From Candidatus Poribacteria bacterium (GTDB taxonomy: Bacteria; Poribacteria; WGA-4E; WGA-3G): a DNA stretch of 64,000 nucleotides. Of the stretch, positions 1 to 10,844 are shown piece by piece. The stretch is from contig OZ251518.1 of assembly GCA_965242965.1 (NCBI GenBank), positions 3,968,001-4,032,000 on the forward strand. The letters are read 5' to 3'. The notes beneath the pieces are model-generated. The model was not told where the DNA came from. It saw nothing but the letters and a program-made list of their open reading frames with translations, and searched no databases. Position numbers and translations under genes: made by a program. Numbering within the stretch: position 1 is the first letter of the stretch; every line of letters begins with the position of its first letter.

Positions 1-756
1 GGCCCGCATGAGCCGTGGGATACGCCGGAACCTTACGCTAGCATGTATGAACCGGCGGACATGCCCCCGGCGATACCGCGTCCGGAAACAGGAGAACGCC
101 CGCGCGGACACCTTGACAGGCTCATGGAACGGGTTAACCCGAATTTTGACGAAGGCGAAATCGGAAGGTTGCGCGCCAATTACGCCGGCAACGTCACACT
201 CATTGACGCGCAGATTGGCGAAATCCTTGACGTAATTCAGGCGCGCGGCGAACTTGAAAACACCGTCATCGTCCACTGCTCAGACCACGGTGAGATGAAC
301 GGTGACTATGGACTTATTTACAAGAGCAACTTCCTCAACGGCGCGGTACGCATTCCGCTGTTGGTGCGCACGCCTGATGCAGTGAAGGGTGCCGTATGCG
401 ATAGCCCGGTGGAATGGACAGACATCGGGCCAACGCTCGTTGAACTCGCAGGTGGTGAATTGAAGCATCGCCAATTCGGTAAATCGCTTTGCCCAGTTTT
501 AGTGCAGCCCGCGTCAATGCACCGAGATTTCGCCATCTCTGAAATAGAAGGCGAAATTATGCTGCTCAATCGGCAATGGAAAATCGCTCTCAATGCAAAC
601 GGCGAGGCGTATCTCTTATTTGACGTGCAAAACGATGCTGAAGAGACACAGAATCTCGCCGGCCGCCCTGAGATTGCGGACGTGGAGACGGAGTTGCGTC
701 TGCAGATTCTGGAGAGGCTCATTGAGACGCAACTCCGACATCCATTGCCAAAGTAG
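1..756 (+). CDS. Sulfatase family protein (5' truncated by window edge)
   Basis: Frame open from base 1 (GPHEPWDTPEPY..); motifs 'NYAGNVTLIDAQIG', 'SDHGEMNGDYG', 'RIPLLVR', 'LFDVQNDAEETQNLA' match the C-terminal half of sulfatases. Confidence 0.85.
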   Translation, partial: GPHEPWDTPEPYASMYEPADMPPAIPRPETGERPRGHLDRLMERVNPNFDEGEIGRLRANYAGNVTLIDAQIGEILDVIQARGELENTVIVHCSDHGEMNGDYGLIYKSNFLNGAVRIPLLVRTPDAVKGAVCDSPVEWTDIGPTLVELAGGELKHRQFGKSLCPVLVQPASMHRDFAISEIEGEIMLLNRQWKIALNANGEAYLLFDVQNDAEETQNLAGRPEIADVETELRLQILERLIETQLRHPLPK

Positions 757-785
757 GCGCGCTTTGGAAGCACGCTTCCTCGCGT

Positions 786-2801
786 CTAGTTTGATGCAGG
801 CTTAATCCGGTAAACGGTGCCCTCATGGCAGATGATGAGGCTCTTTCCCTCCGCTAGATACGGAGCCAATACGGGGAACTGATCGGTGAGTTCAAAATAC
901 TCGTTGCTATGGAACTCAATGTCCTCAACATCCGCGCCGGTGTAGCGGTGGTATTCCGTATCCACCCACCAATCGCCATCAAGATGAAACGTCTTGCGTC
1001 CAATCCGTCTCACCGTGTCAAGTTTTGGTGCTGCGGAACGCATATATTGGCTTGCCGCGGCGTGTTTGCTCGCCTTCACCCGCTGTTGATAATCGTCAGT
1101 TGCCTCATACGCCACGGTGCGTTCCATGAAGCGATGCCGGCCCGCAAGGACAGAATCGGCAGAAACCGTTCGCGACAGATACGGGGTGACAATCCCATAA
1201 TCTTCGCCGATGCGGATGAGTTCGTCGGAGAGTTCTTTGTTCGCACCGTGCAGAATCAATTGATTCTCCAAGTAAGCGACTCGCTGCTGCGCCCACAGCC
1301 GCGGTAGGAACTCCTGCTCGCTTTGAACCGCGGGGAACTGCGCCGTTTTGACGAATTCGTGCTTTTCTCCATCAATCTCGCCAGTTAGCTTCAGCTGCAC
1401 CTGCTGCGCGGCATCCCCGGCGGCTTCATAGCGGCCAAGCACCGTCACTTCGGAGCCGCGGAACATGTCAGGGAGCTCGCTCGGGTAGACGTTATTCGTG
1501 CGGATACCCGCCATCTCCAAGCCGAGATTGACAAGGACCGGTTCGTTAATATTGGCAAAGAACGTGGACAATGTCTGCTCAAGGTTTTCGTGCGGTTCCA
1601 CATACACCCGAGTGCCGCCGTTTTGCTCCGCCAGATTATCCAGCAGCTCCGTGTTAACCCGGTAACCAACGCCGAACACAAAGATACGCGCGTTCCTCTT
1701 GTTCTTTTTAGCAACGTTCTTGAGGATATGCGCCGTGCGAATCTCACCCGCAGTCTGGTGTCCATCGGTGAGGAAGATGAGGATACGCGGCCGTTTGGCA
1801 TCCGGCGCATCCGCCAGCGCGGTGAGCAGTGCATCATTGATGTTCGTCATGCCGCGCCCTTCAATGTGATTGATGAAGGCGAGGGCATTTTCGCGTTGTT
1901 GCGCCACGGGGACGAGGTTATCCGAAAACGCCTCAATCTCGTCGTCAAAGCGGATGAGATTGAACCTGTCTCCATCGTTGAGATTGCGCATGCAAAAGCG
2001 GAGTGCCTCTTTCGCTTGCGCGATTTTCTTCCCCCTCATGCTCCCAGACCGGTCCAAGACGAAGATAAAATCTTTCTCGATAATCGCGGTTTGGTTCACC
2101 TCGTATCTCGGCGTGAAGGTGAGCATGAAATAGCCATCTTCCTTCCGGTCCTCCCGGTGCGTGTAGAGCTCAATGCCGAACTCTTCATCGGAAACCGAGT
2201 AATAAAACTCGAAATCCCTATCCACGGCAATGGCATCCGTCTCTGTGTAGCTGACGCGTGCCCGATGCTCATCCTTGCGGGTAATCGCCACCTCGTGTGA
2301 GGGGGAATAGAGCGATTTGAGCGGATGGTTGTTCTTCAATTCTATAGAAACAGCCAAACTTCCCACAGGTTGCTCGGTTTTGAGAGGGCACAGATATTTC
2401 GTGCGCTCGCCGGTCTGCTTCAGAATTTGCGCGTAGTGGAGTTGGACGCGGCGCGTGTCACCCGATGGAATCGGCGACAACTGCGCGTAAAAAAGGTCGC
2501 GTCCGACGTATGCCATCAATGTCTCATCGCCTGAGGTGCGGACAATCCTGCGGAAAACACGTTGCGCATCGGCTTGCGACAGCCGTTCGGCATTAACAAC
2601 CGAGCCATCAACGCGTAGCGTGACATCGGATACCTCGGCACCGGCAGGAATCGGGAAAATATAGGTGCCTTCCACCGGAACATCGTTCGGGTTAGTAAAC
2701 ACCTGGTCTGCCTGGGTTATTGCGAGTCGGTTCTGAATTGAAACGTTCACATGGTGACGTTCAATGGCGAACCGCTCAAATTGCGCGGGGACAATAAGCA
2801 T
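786..2801 (-). CDS. VIT (vault inter-alpha-trypsin) + von Willebrand A domain protein
   Basis: N-terminal 'QVFTNPND..EGTYIFPIP' VIT pattern; MIDAS 'DRSGSM', 'GMTNI', 'FLTDG'; RBS GAGG upstream. Confidence 0.88.
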   Translation of the reverse strand: MLIVPAQFERFAIERHHVNVSIQNRLAITQADQVFTNPNDVPVEGTYIFPIPAGAEVSDVTLRVDGSVVNAERLSQADAQRVFRRIVRTSGDETLMAYVGRDLFYAQLSPIPSGDTRRVQLHYAQILKQTGERTKYLCPLKTEQPVGSLAVSIELKNNHPLKSLYSPSHEVAITRKDEHRARVSYTETDAIAVDRDFEFYYSVSDEEFGIELYTHREDRKEDGYFMLTFTPRYEVNQTAIIEKDFIFVLDRSGSMRGKKIAQAKEALRFCMRNLNDGDRFNLIRFDDEIEAFSDNLVPVAQQRENALAFINHIEGRGMTNINDALLTALADAPDAKRPRILIFLTDGHQTAGEIRTAHILKNVAKKNKRNARIFVFGVGYRVNTELLDNLAEQNGGTRVYVEPHENLEQTLSTFFANINEPVLVNLGLEMAGIRTNNVYPSELPDMFRGSEVTVLGRYEAAGDAAQQVQLKLTGEIDGEKHEFVKTAQFPAVQSEQEFLPRLWAQQRVAYLENQLILHGANKELSDELIRIGEDYGIVTPYLSRTVSADSVLAGRHRFMERTVAYEATDDYQQRVKASKHAAASQYMRSAAPKLDTVRRIGRKTFHLDGDWWVDTEYHRYTGADVEDIEFHSNEYFELTDQFPVLAPYLAEGKSLIICHEGTVYRIKPASN

Positions 2802-3006
2802 GGTTACCTCGCTTTTTGGTAAGTTATGGGGTGGCTATAATATCCACCCCGTTATTCGGAGGGACGCATTCGTTTCAGCGTCTGTCCACCTATTTAGTTT
2901 CAGATGAGGGAGTATGCACACCTGTCATGCGCTAGGCGGGTTGACACCTGTTACAACGCGCGGTGTCCACCGATGATATAGAACCTTGCGTAGGCCCTCT
3001 ATTAAC

Positions 3007-3036
3007 AGTATACCATAAGCGCATCGGCTTTGTCAA
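3007..3036 (-). promoter_or_regulatory. sigma70-type promoter of the VIT-VWA gene
   Basis: Minus strand TTGACA-18 nt-TATACT with TG before the -10. Confidence 0.55.
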
Positions 3037-3064
3037 GGTAAAATGCTTTTTTTTCAGAATAATT

Positions 3065-3760
3065 GAGGGTGTTTCATAAATCGCTCAACGTCGCGGTGAT
3101 GGCCCGCGCGATAGGGTCAAAAAAAGGGAAGTGTCAGTAGGCGCACCGGGTCTCGATACATGCCGGTAGGAGAGACCTCCCGGTCTTGATGCTACACTCT
3201 AACCCTTATTAAGGTCCTACGGACCTTGATAGGGTGAAGCACATTTTTCTATAGACATTCAGGTCCGTAGGACCTAAAAGAGCCTGTCCACCGCGAGCTT
3301 CCGGTAGACCGCAGCATGGCGAGGGACAGGCCCTCGCCCTACGGTGACGGGGGCGTTCTGCGAAGAAAATGTCCCGTTACCGTAGCGCGGGGGACAGGCC
3401 CCCGCGCATTTTTTGTGGTATTCCTGCATGGCGAGGGACAGGTTTTCCCACCGTCCTACGGTGAAAGGATGCCGTTTTTCTGCGTAGCGTGGGCCTGTCC
3501 TTCACGAATTTCCATGGTATTCCGGCATGGCGAGGGACAGGCCCTCGCCCTACGGTGAAGGAATGCCGTTTTTTCCGTAGTGCGAGGGCCTGTCCCTCGC
3601 GTTGTCCATCGTCAAGGTGCCGTCAGGTCCTTAAGAATGGAAAACACGGGGCGCGTCAAAGGAGGAGTCGAGACCAGGAGGTCTCTCCTACGGTATTGCA
3701 TCGAGAGCGAGGAAGTCTCTCCTACGGGGAGGCATTGAGAACGAGGCAGTCTCTCCTGCC
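3065..3760. repeat. Composite REP-like array with left TIR GAGGGTGTTTCATA
   Basis: TIR 3065-3078; modules GTAGGAGAGACCTCCCGGTCTT, AGGTCC/AGGACC-TATAG, GGCGAGGGACAGGCCCTCGCCCTAC. Confidence 0.85.
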
Positions 3761-3785
3761 GGGCAGAACAGAATCCCTCTCATGG

Positions 3786-4538
3786 CTAATGCTGCAGCGT
3801 TTGCGAGATGAAAAGTTTCGTGCGCTCACTTTGCGGGTTATCGAAGAAATCTGTAGGCGGCGCATCCTCTATAATCACACCCTCATCGAAGAAGAGCACC
3901 CGGTCGGCGACTTCACGGGCGAATCCCATCTCGTGTGTCACAACCAGCATCGTCATGCCGGAACGCGCGAGCTCCCGCATCACGTCGAGAACCTCCGAGA
4001 TCATCTCCGGGTCCAACGCGCTCGTCGGTTCGTCAAATAGCATGATTTTCGGCTCCATCGCCAAGGCACGCGCGATGGCGACGCGTTGCTGCTGTCCGCC
4101 GGATATCTCCGCAGGGAATTTATGCGCCTGCTCTTTGATATCCACCCGGTCCAGTAACGCGAGTGCCATCTCTTCCGCCTCACTTTTCGGCATTTTTTTC
4201 ACGCGGATCGGACCTAACGTGATGTTCTGCAAGTTCGTCAGGTGCGGAAATAGGTTGAACTGTTGGAACACCATGCCGACTTCGCGACGGATGAGATCGA
4301 TGTTCCGAAGATCATTGGTAAGTTCAATGCCATCGACAATAATCCTACCGCGTTGATGTTCCTCCAATCGGTTAATCGTCCGGATAAAGGTAGATTTCCC
4401 GGAACCCGAAGGACCGCAAATAACAGCGCGCTCCCCTTTTTGGAACGAAGTGGTGATGCCTTTGAGGACATGGAAATCGTCAAACCATTTGTGCACATCC
4501 TCACAGGCGATAATCGGTTCTCTGTTTTCGGTTGACAT
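3786..4538 (-). CDS. aapP: Polar amino-acid ABC transporter ATP-binding subunit (AapP/BztD type)
   Basis: Walker A GPSGSGKS, signature ISGGQQQ, Walker [13 protein letters not shown]; start moved to MSTENREP (4538); last gene of an aapJQMP-like operon. Confidence 0.9.
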   Translation of the reverse strand: MSTENREPIIACEDVHKWFDDFHVLKGITTSFQKGERAVICGPSGSGKSTFIRTINRLEEHQRGRIIVDGIELTNDLRNIDLIRREVGMVFQQFNLFPHLTNLQNITLGPIRVKKMPKSEAEEMALALLDRVDIKEQAHKFPAEISGGQQQRVAIARALAMEPKIMLFDEPTSALDPEMISEVLDVMRELARSGMTMLVVTHEMGFAREVADRVLFFDEGVIIEDAPPTDFFDNPQSERTKLFISQTLQH

Positions 4539-4553
4539 GATGAAATTCCTCTT

Positions 4554-4613
4554 CCCTCTCCATTTTCGTATGGCCCTCTCCATTTTCGTATGGCCCTCTC
4601 CATTTTCGGATGG
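4554..4613. repeat. 20-bp tandem repeat x3 (CCCTCTCCATTTTCGTATGG)
   Basis: Three consecutive copies, the third with one mismatch, next to a degenerate REP hairpin. Confidence 0.9.
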
Positions 4614-4653
4614 CGAAGGGCTGTCCCTCAACGTGCCGTCGGGACAAAAAAAC

Positions 4654-5856
4654 TTAGTCGGTATCCACTCCCAGCGCGGCTTCGATGCGCCGGCTGATAT
4701 AGGACATCGCATAACAGAAGATGAAATAGATGCTAGCCGCAAAGAGATATATCTCTGCTTGGAGTCCCAGCCAATCCGGGTTCGCCATCACGCTTCGGGC
4801 GATGCCAAGTAGATCGAGCAGCCCGATGATAGTCACGAGTGAGGTGTCTTTAAAGAGCGCGATGAACTGCCCGACGATTGCAGGGATGACAGAGCGAAGT
4901 GCCTGCGGCAGGACGATATACTGCATCGTCTTTCGATAGTTGAGTCCGACGGCTTGCGCGGCTTCATACTGTCCTCTGGGGATGGATTGCAGTCCGCCTC
5001 GCACATTCTCAGCCATGTAGGCTGCGGAGAAAAACGTTATGCCCATCATCGCGCGTAAGACTTTGTCCAACTCAATGTCGGGCAGAAAAATCGGGATGAT
5101 GAGGTTTGCCATGAATAAGATAGTGATGAGCGGCACGCCGCGGATTGTCTCAATGTAGACGGTAGATGCCCACTTAATTGCGGGCAGCCTGCTGCGTCTG
5201 CCGATTGCCAGAAGCACGCCGAGTGGGAAGCAAAGCACGATGCCGACGACTGCCAAAATGAGCGTCAGCAGGAGGCCGCCCCAGTTCGTCGTCGGCACCG
5301 CTGTCTCTCCGAACCCGTGGAGCGTTATCATCATCACAGGAAAGGAGAGGAGCCAGCCGCCCAAAATCCAATGGCGCGTTCGGCTGCCGAGGTTCCCCGG
5401 CTTCGTAAAATGAATGAGCGCGAATGCGGCCGCTATCAGTGCCGCGCATCCGAGAAATCCGGCGCGGGTGCTGAACTTAAAGGGGAGCACGGCGAGGAAT
5501 AGCAGCACGCATGCAATGCCGACGGCGACTCTGAACGTCAAACCTCTCCAGACACCGGCACTGATGCCTACTAGCGCGCTCAAAAGCGTGAGGATACACC
5601 ACACGCGCCATATCTCCGTCCTCGGATAGGTGCCGACGGTAAACAGTTGCAGGTTCGCGGGGATAACCTGCCAATTCGCCTCGGTGAATACCCAAGTCAA
5701 AATGCCTTTGAGCGCGAGGTATAAGAAGACGATTGCCAAGCAGGTGAGGAGTGTGTTGAACCACGTGCTGAAGAGGTTCTCCTTCATCCACGGCACTACG
5801 CCTTTAGTGGCGGGCGGTTTGAGTGTTTCGTCAGTCGCAATGCGTTTGGTTAGCAT
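4654..5856 (-). CDS. aapM: Amino-acid ABC transporter permease (AapM/BztC type)
   Basis: '[10 protein letters not shown]', 'WGGLLLTL', 'RGVPLIT', EAA loop '[11 protein letters not shown]', 'FKDTSL'. Confidence 0.88.
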   Translation of the reverse strand: MLTKRIATDETLKPPATKGVVPWMKENLFSTWFNTLLTCLAIVFLYLALKGILTWVFTEANWQVIPANLQLFTVGTYPRTEIWRVWCILTLLSALVGISAGVWRGLTFRVAVGIACVLLFLAVLPFKFSTRAGFLGCAALIAAAFALIHFTKPGNLGSRTRHWILGGWLLSFPVMMITLHGFGETAVPTTNWGGLLLTLILAVVGIVLCFPLGVLLAIGRRSRLPAIKWASTVYIETIRGVPLITILFMANLIIPIFLPDIELDKVLRAMMGITFFSAAYMAENVRGGLQSIPRGQYEAAQAVGLNYRKTMQYIVLPQALRSVIPAIVGQFIALFKDTSLVTIIGLLDLLGIARSVMANPDWLGLQAEIYLFAASIYFIFCYAMSYISRRIEAALGVDTD

Positions 5857-6010
5857 GGTGAATCTGATAACGTCTTTCTGCGTATATCCTGTTTGTCTAT
5901 AAACATTGCACTCCTAAATAGTGTAGCGTGCTTACGCGAGCGACGCACTCCTCGTTTAGGCGTGATGGTTTTCAAAGCATGGCACTTTTGGCACTTTTCT
6001 TTTTGTCAGA

Positions 6011-7216
6011 TTAGCGTCCGGTGCGGTTAATGTGAAGCCGTTGGTTATACCAATTCATCGCGGCGGATGTGGTTAAACTCATGATGAGGTAACTCGCCAT
6101 GATTAGCCCGAAAACCGGGATGGATTGTCCGGTTTGATTCATCATCGTCTCGCCGATGCTAAACAGATCGGGGAAACCGACAGCAATCGCCAAACTAGAG
6201 TTTTTCGCCAGATTCAGGTACTGACTCGTAACCGGGGGAATAATGATAGGTATCGCCTGCGGGAGGACGACGAGCCGCAGCGTCTGTGCCTCGTTCAATC
6301 CGACGGATTTTGCGGCTTCGCGCTGCCCTTTGGCGACAGCCTGTATCCCGGCTCTGACAATTTCCGCAATGAAGGCACCGGTATATACCACGAGCCCTAT
6401 CAGCAGCGCGGCGAATTCAGCGGAGAGACTTATCCCACCCTCGAAATTGAAACGTTGCAGAACCGGCAAGTCCAAAGTCAACGGCGCAGGCCGCGTCAGA
6501 AACCATCCGAGAACAGCAACGGCGAGGAAGACAGGGAGTGCCCACTTGGCACGGAAGCCGGGGAGTTCCATCTGTTGCAGTTGCCGCCACCGCACGATGT
6601 AGAGGATAACGGCTAGGCTCAGCCCGACGAGCAGGAAAATACTCCACATCTTCATCCCGGCTGTCGGTTGCGGCGCGGGCAGATAGATACCGCGCTGGTT
6701 AATGAACACGCCGCCGAAAAATTCAATGCTCTCCCGAACCCTCGGTAATTTGCGAATGAGCGCATACCAGAACAGAATCTGCAGCAGCAGCGGGATATTC
6801 CGAAAACATTCAACATACGCAGCAGCGATGTTGCTAATCAGCCAATTTTTAGAGAGGCGCGTGACACCGATGAAGAGCCCCAAAAACGTCGCGCAGGCAA
6901 TCCCAATAAGGCTCACCTTTAAAGTGTTGACGACACCCACCCAAAACGCTCTCATATAACTATCGGCGGGGGTATATCTGATGCCTTCGGAAATGGCGAA
7001 GCCTGCCTCATTTTGGAGAAAATTATCTTCGTCCCAAAACGCCACCTCCAGCGTAACTCCCAGTTTATCAAGTCCTCTCAGCATGTTCGTATAGAGCACT
7101 GCCGCTAACAGGACAATTCCGACTAGAAAAAGCACCTGAAACAGCACGCGCAGCACGCGAACATCCCGCCAGAAAGGGATTTTCTGTTCGGCGTTCCCGT
7201 TTTTTGTTTCGTCCAT
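6011..7216 (-). CDS. aapQ: Amino-acid ABC transporter permease (AapQ/BztB type)
   Basis: 'AGFAISE', 'RNIPLLLQ', 'AEIVRAGIQAV.KGQ.EAA', 'QYLNL.KNSSLA'. Confidence 0.88.
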   Translation of the reverse strand: MDETKNGNAEQKIPFWRDVRVLRVLFQVLFLVGIVLLAAVLYTNMLRGLDKLGVTLEVAFWDEDNFLQNEAGFAISEGIRYTPADSYMRAFWVGVVNTLKVSLIGIACATFLGLFIGVTRLSKNWLISNIAAAYVECFRNIPLLLQILFWYALIRKLPRVRESIEFFGGVFINQRGIYLPAPQPTAGMKMWSIFLLVGLSLAVILYIVRWRQLQQMELPGFRAKWALPVFLAVAVLGWFLTRPAPLTLDLPVLQRFNFEGGISLSAEFAALLIGLVVYTGAFIAEIVRAGIQAVAKGQREAAKSVGLNEAQTLRLVVLPQAIPIIIPPVTSQYLNLAKNSSLAIAVGFPDLFSIGETMMNQTGQSIPVFGLIMASYLIMSLTTSAAMNWYNQRLHINRTGR

Positions 7217-7233
7217 AGTTTTTCTGTTTCCCC

Positions 7234-7585
7234 GGTAGGCGAGACCTCCCGGTCTCGAATTCTTCTAGTCGATGCGCCGTCCCGGTCTCGATGCAACCGA
7301 TGCCCCCGTAGGCGAGACCTCCTGGTCTCGATGCGAATGATGTCCCCGTAGGCGAGACCTCCCGGTCTCGATGCACACCCGTAGGAGAGCCTTCCTCCTA
7401 TAGTTTGCAAGCGTCTAATCACAACCAGTTCAGGAGCAGGTGCTCCTGAACTACAGGCGGCGCGCACTCTAACCCTGTAGTTCGGGTGCGCCTGCACCCG
7501 AACGGGGCAAGAGCGGGCATGCCTTACCTCATCGAGACCAGGAGGTCTCTCCTACCGGCAATAGCGCGGGGGCCTGTCCCCGCTA
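7234..7585. repeat. REP-like array inside the aap operon
   Basis: Several GTAGGCGAGACCTCC(C/T)GGTCTCGA copies plus GTAGTTCAGGAGC- and GCGCGGGGGCCTGTCCCC-type hairpins. Confidence 0.85.
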
Positions 7586-7597
7586 GGAAATATGTCC

Positions 7598-8626
7598 CTA
7601 ACGGAAGGGCATTGCGTAAAGTAGGCCGCCCTGCGTCCACGGTTTATTGATACCGCGCGGTAAGCCGATGGGGGTGAGGTGCCGTTCAAAAATTTCGCCG
7701 TAATTGCCGACGGCGGCGATAATCTGCGGTGCCCACGTTTTAGAGAGTCCCAGTTTCTCACCTAAATCCCCGCTCTTGCCTAAGAAACGTTGGATTTCCG
7801 GGTTATCCGATTTGAAGTCAGCCACGTTAGTTTGTGTGATACCGTGTTCCTCGGCGAAAAAGGTGGCGTAAACCACCCAACTGACGACATCGTTCCATTT
7901 GTTATCGCCGTGGATAGTGAGCGGACCCAGCGGTTCTTTCGAGACAGTCTCCTCAAGGATGACATGCGCACCCGGGTCTTTGAACGCTTGCCGCCGGGCG
8001 ACGAGTTGCGATTTGTCGCTTGTGACAACATCACAACGTCCTTCAAGGTAGCTGCCGTAGAGCGTATCGTTCTCTTCAAAGACGACGGCGTTAAAATCGA
8101 TGCCCAGCGAACGCATCGTATCTGCCAGATTGAGCTCTGTCGTGCTACCGGACAGCACGCCGATGCTTGCCCCGGCGAGTTCTGCTATCGTCGTAATGCC
8201 GAGTTCCTTAGGGAGCATGAACCCTTGTCCATCATAGAACGTCGGCGGTGCGAAGTCTGTGCTGACATCGGTGTCGCGTGTCAGCGTCCACGTCGTGTTT
8301 CGGATGAGGACATCTATCTCGCCTGTCTGCAGGGCGGTGAACCGTTCGGCGGCTTTTAAGGGGACGAACCGCACCTTGCTTCCGTCACCGAGGACAGCGG
8401 CGGCAATGGCGCGCCCGAAATCGACATCAAAGCCGTGCCATGTGCCATCTTGTTCAGGGTAACTGAAGCCGGGCAATCCGGCGTTCACGCCACAGACGAG
8501 CACGCCGCGTTCTTTGACTTTGTCCAGCACACTGCCCTCGGCGTTAGCGAGCAGTGGCATCCCGAGTAATAGCGCGAAGAGCGCAATAAATACGCAACAT
8601 TTAATAGTAGAGTTGTTGATATGCAT
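7598..8626 (-). CDS. aapJ: Amino-acid ABC transporter substrate-binding protein (AapJ/BztA type)
   Basis: Signal peptide; 'CGVN.GLPGFS', 'RNTTWTLTRD', 'YDGQGF', 'SKEPLGP', 'VGNYGEIF', 'GGLLYA.PFR'. Confidence 0.92.
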   Translation of the reverse strand: MHINNSTIKCCVFIALFALLLGMPLLANAEGSVLDKVKERGVLVCGVNAGLPGFSYPEQDGTWHGFDVDFGRAIAAAVLGDGSKVRFVPLKAAERFTALQTGEIDVLIRNTTWTLTRDTDVSTDFAPPTFYDGQGFMLPKELGITTIAELAGASIGVLSGSTTELNLADTMRSLGIDFNAVVFEENDTLYGSYLEGRCDVVTSDKSQLVARRQAFKDPGAHVILEETVSKEPLGPLTIHGDNKWNDVVSWVVYATFFAEEHGITQTNVADFKSDNPEIQRFLGKSGDLGEKLGLSKTWAPQIIAAVGNYGEIFERHLTPIGLPRGINKPWTQGGLLYAMPFR

Positions 8627-8830
8627 GAAATTTCTCCTATCAATAAGTGCAGTTTGAAGGGACTGCGGTTTAGAATTGTGGTTATCTTAAGAGCAATTAT
8701 AGCACGTTTTTGTTTTTTTTAGCAAGAAAAAAGAGGAAGCCAGGGTTTTCTGCCGATTAAAAACAACATTTGACATATTTTCTAAATGCTGCTATCATAT
8801 CTTCAACACCCCTTTTTGGAGGAAAAACCG

Positions 8831-10096
8831 ATGAAAAAGTTCATCATCGCAGAGATTTGCGTCATTGTCGCGCTCGCCGGCGGGTTCTGGCTCGGGCGCG
8901 CCACAAGCACCGATAACAGTTACGCGCACTACTACAGCAACGCAGACAAAGCCTGGGTGGAAGTCCAAAAAATGGACAATCCCCCACTCGATCTTGACGA
9001 ACCGGATAAAAACCGCTTGAGCAAAGTCCGAGCGGGTTACCGGAAAGTGTTTGATAACTACCCCGACAGCCTTTGGGCGGACGATGCCATTTATCAGCTC
9101 GCCTCTCGTCTCCCGCGCACCGATGAAGAGGCGTTCGCGCTGTTCCGACGATTGATTAACAATTACCCCGACAGCGAGTGGGCGGACGATTCGATGTTCG
9201 CCATCGCTTTCGCTTCTTACCAAATCGCGGGGGAACTCAAGCAGACCGGAACGTTGGAATCGATTGATGCCTACTACGACAGGGCTATCGCGCTTTTCAA
9301 GCAATTAATCGATACCTACCCCGGCAGTGTCCTCGTGGCGCAATCGCGGTTTAATATCGCAATGTGCTATTACAGCCGGGACGATTTTGACCTGGCGTTG
9401 GCGCATTTTGAAGAACTCGGCGAGACATTCCGTGATAACGCACTGCTTTATCAGATTTTATACGTCACCGGCGAGATCTATTTCAAGCAACAGCTCTACG
9501 AAAAGGCGCGGGTTGAGTTTACAAACGTGGTTGACTCTGGCGACACGGAATTAGCACCCCTTGCCAGTTTCGGCATCGCGCAAACTTACCTCGCGGAGGG
9601 AGAATACGAGGAGGCCATCGCAGGTTACCAAAAGGTAATCGATCTTTATCCGGACGCGGTTGTCGGAAAGGATGCGCATTTCTACATCGGCTGGGCGTAT
9701 GAAAAACTTGGCAAATATGACGAGGCAATCGCGCAACTAGAATCCGCCATCGACCGGTATCCGCGCAACGAGAACGCCGCGAACTCGCAGATTTACATCG
9801 GGCAAATCGCTTACGCGAATAAGGATACTGCCCAAGCAATCGCGGCGTATCAGAAAGTGGCGGATAACGCGACTTACGATTACGACAACCGCCGCCAAGC
9901 CCAATACTGGGTTGGGAAAATCAACGAGGATATCAACGATATTGAGCAGGCGAGGGATGCCTATCAGAAGTTGCTTAAGGATTTCCCGGAGCCGCACAAA
10001 GAGGCGACGCATCCGTCAAACAATGTCAACGAGAATTACATCCAAAGTTTGCAAGCCAATCGCCTCAACGAAATTCCGGGTATGCTTGATAGATAG
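8831..10096 (+). CDS. Membrane-anchored TPR protein (BamD/YfiO-like repeats)
   Basis: N-terminal hydrophobic helix; repeated 'YPDS.WADD' and TPR helices; RBS GGAGG before ATG 8831; TTGACA-17-TATCAT promoter at about 8770-8798. Confidence 0.8.
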   Translation: MKKFIIAEICVIVALAGGFWLGRATSTDNSYAHYYSNADKAWVEVQKMDNPPLDLDEPDKNRLSKVRAGYRKVFDNYPDSLWADDAIYQLASRLPRTDEEAFALFRRLINNYPDSEWADDSMFAIAFASYQIAGELKQTGTLESIDAYYDRAIALFKQLIDTYPGSVLVAQSRFNIAMCYYSRDDFDLALAHFEELGETFRDNALLYQILYVTGEIYFKQQLYEKARVEFTNVVDSGDTELAPLASFGIAQTYLAEGEYEEAIAGYQKVIDLYPDAVVGKDAHFYIGWAYEKLGKYDEAIAQLESAIDRYPRNENAANSQIYIGQIAYANKDTAQAIAAYQKVADNATYDYDNRRQAQYWVGKINEDINDIEQARDAYQKLLKDFPEPHKEATHPSNNVNENYIQSLQANRLNEIPGMLDR

Positions 10097-10149
10097 ACGC
10101 GGCGGGGCGCGCGCTTTCAAATCGCGTTGATGAAATTCTGGAAATAAAC

Positions 10150-10826
10150 GAGAGTGTTTCATTCCCGGTAGGAGAGACCTCCTGGTCTCGATTCTTCGGT
10201 AGGGCTTTTCTCCGCCCGTAGCGCGGGGGCCTGTCCCTCGCCATCGTTCGCGCGCCAGACCCTGTAGGTCAAGATCGCCTGATCTTGACCCGTTTGTGAT
10301 CAGGCGATCACAAACTACAGAAAGGGGAGAACGAAAAAACGTCTCTGATTCTCTTCAGGTCCGTAGGACCTGAATGTCTATAGCCCGCGCGCCCGCGAAG
10401 AACGCTAAGGTCCTTTAGGTCCTTAATATGCTTTGCCATGTCTGCGTGTTTTTTATTAAGGACCTAAAGGACCTTGGAAACGTGCCGTCACGTTTTTCTA
10501 TAGACATGTAGGACCTAAAGGACCTAAAACGCCACCGCTTGACAATGGACAACGCGGGGGCCTGTCCCCCGCGCTACGAAAAAAAACGCCGTCCTCACCG
10601 TAGGGCGAGGGCCTGTCCCTCGCCATCGTTCGTGCGCCAGACCCTGTAGTTCAGGATCGCCTGATCCTGACCCGTTTGTGATCAGGCGATCACAAACTAC
10701 AGTGGGGGAAACACACATCGTGACGATGGAGCTCGCGGGGGCCTGTCCCCCGCGCTACGGGCACATCGAGACCAGGAGGTCTCTCCTACGGGGAGGTTGC
10801 ATCGAGACCGGGAGGTCTCTCCTACC
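10150..10826. repeat. Composite REP-like array between convergent genes
   Basis: Degenerate TIR GAGAGTGTTTCATT followed by all major hairpin modules. Confidence 0.85.
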
Positions 10827-10844
10827 TCGCCAAGCGGCAGCCGC

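Noticed and set aside
4539-4742. Long N-terminal extensions in the ORF track (aapP; likewise ogt, murB, R-M gene, 40185, 48717, 50897, 58895, 61707)
   Set aside because: They run through repeats, promoters or neighbouring genes; downstream starts have an RBS or promoter and match family N-termini
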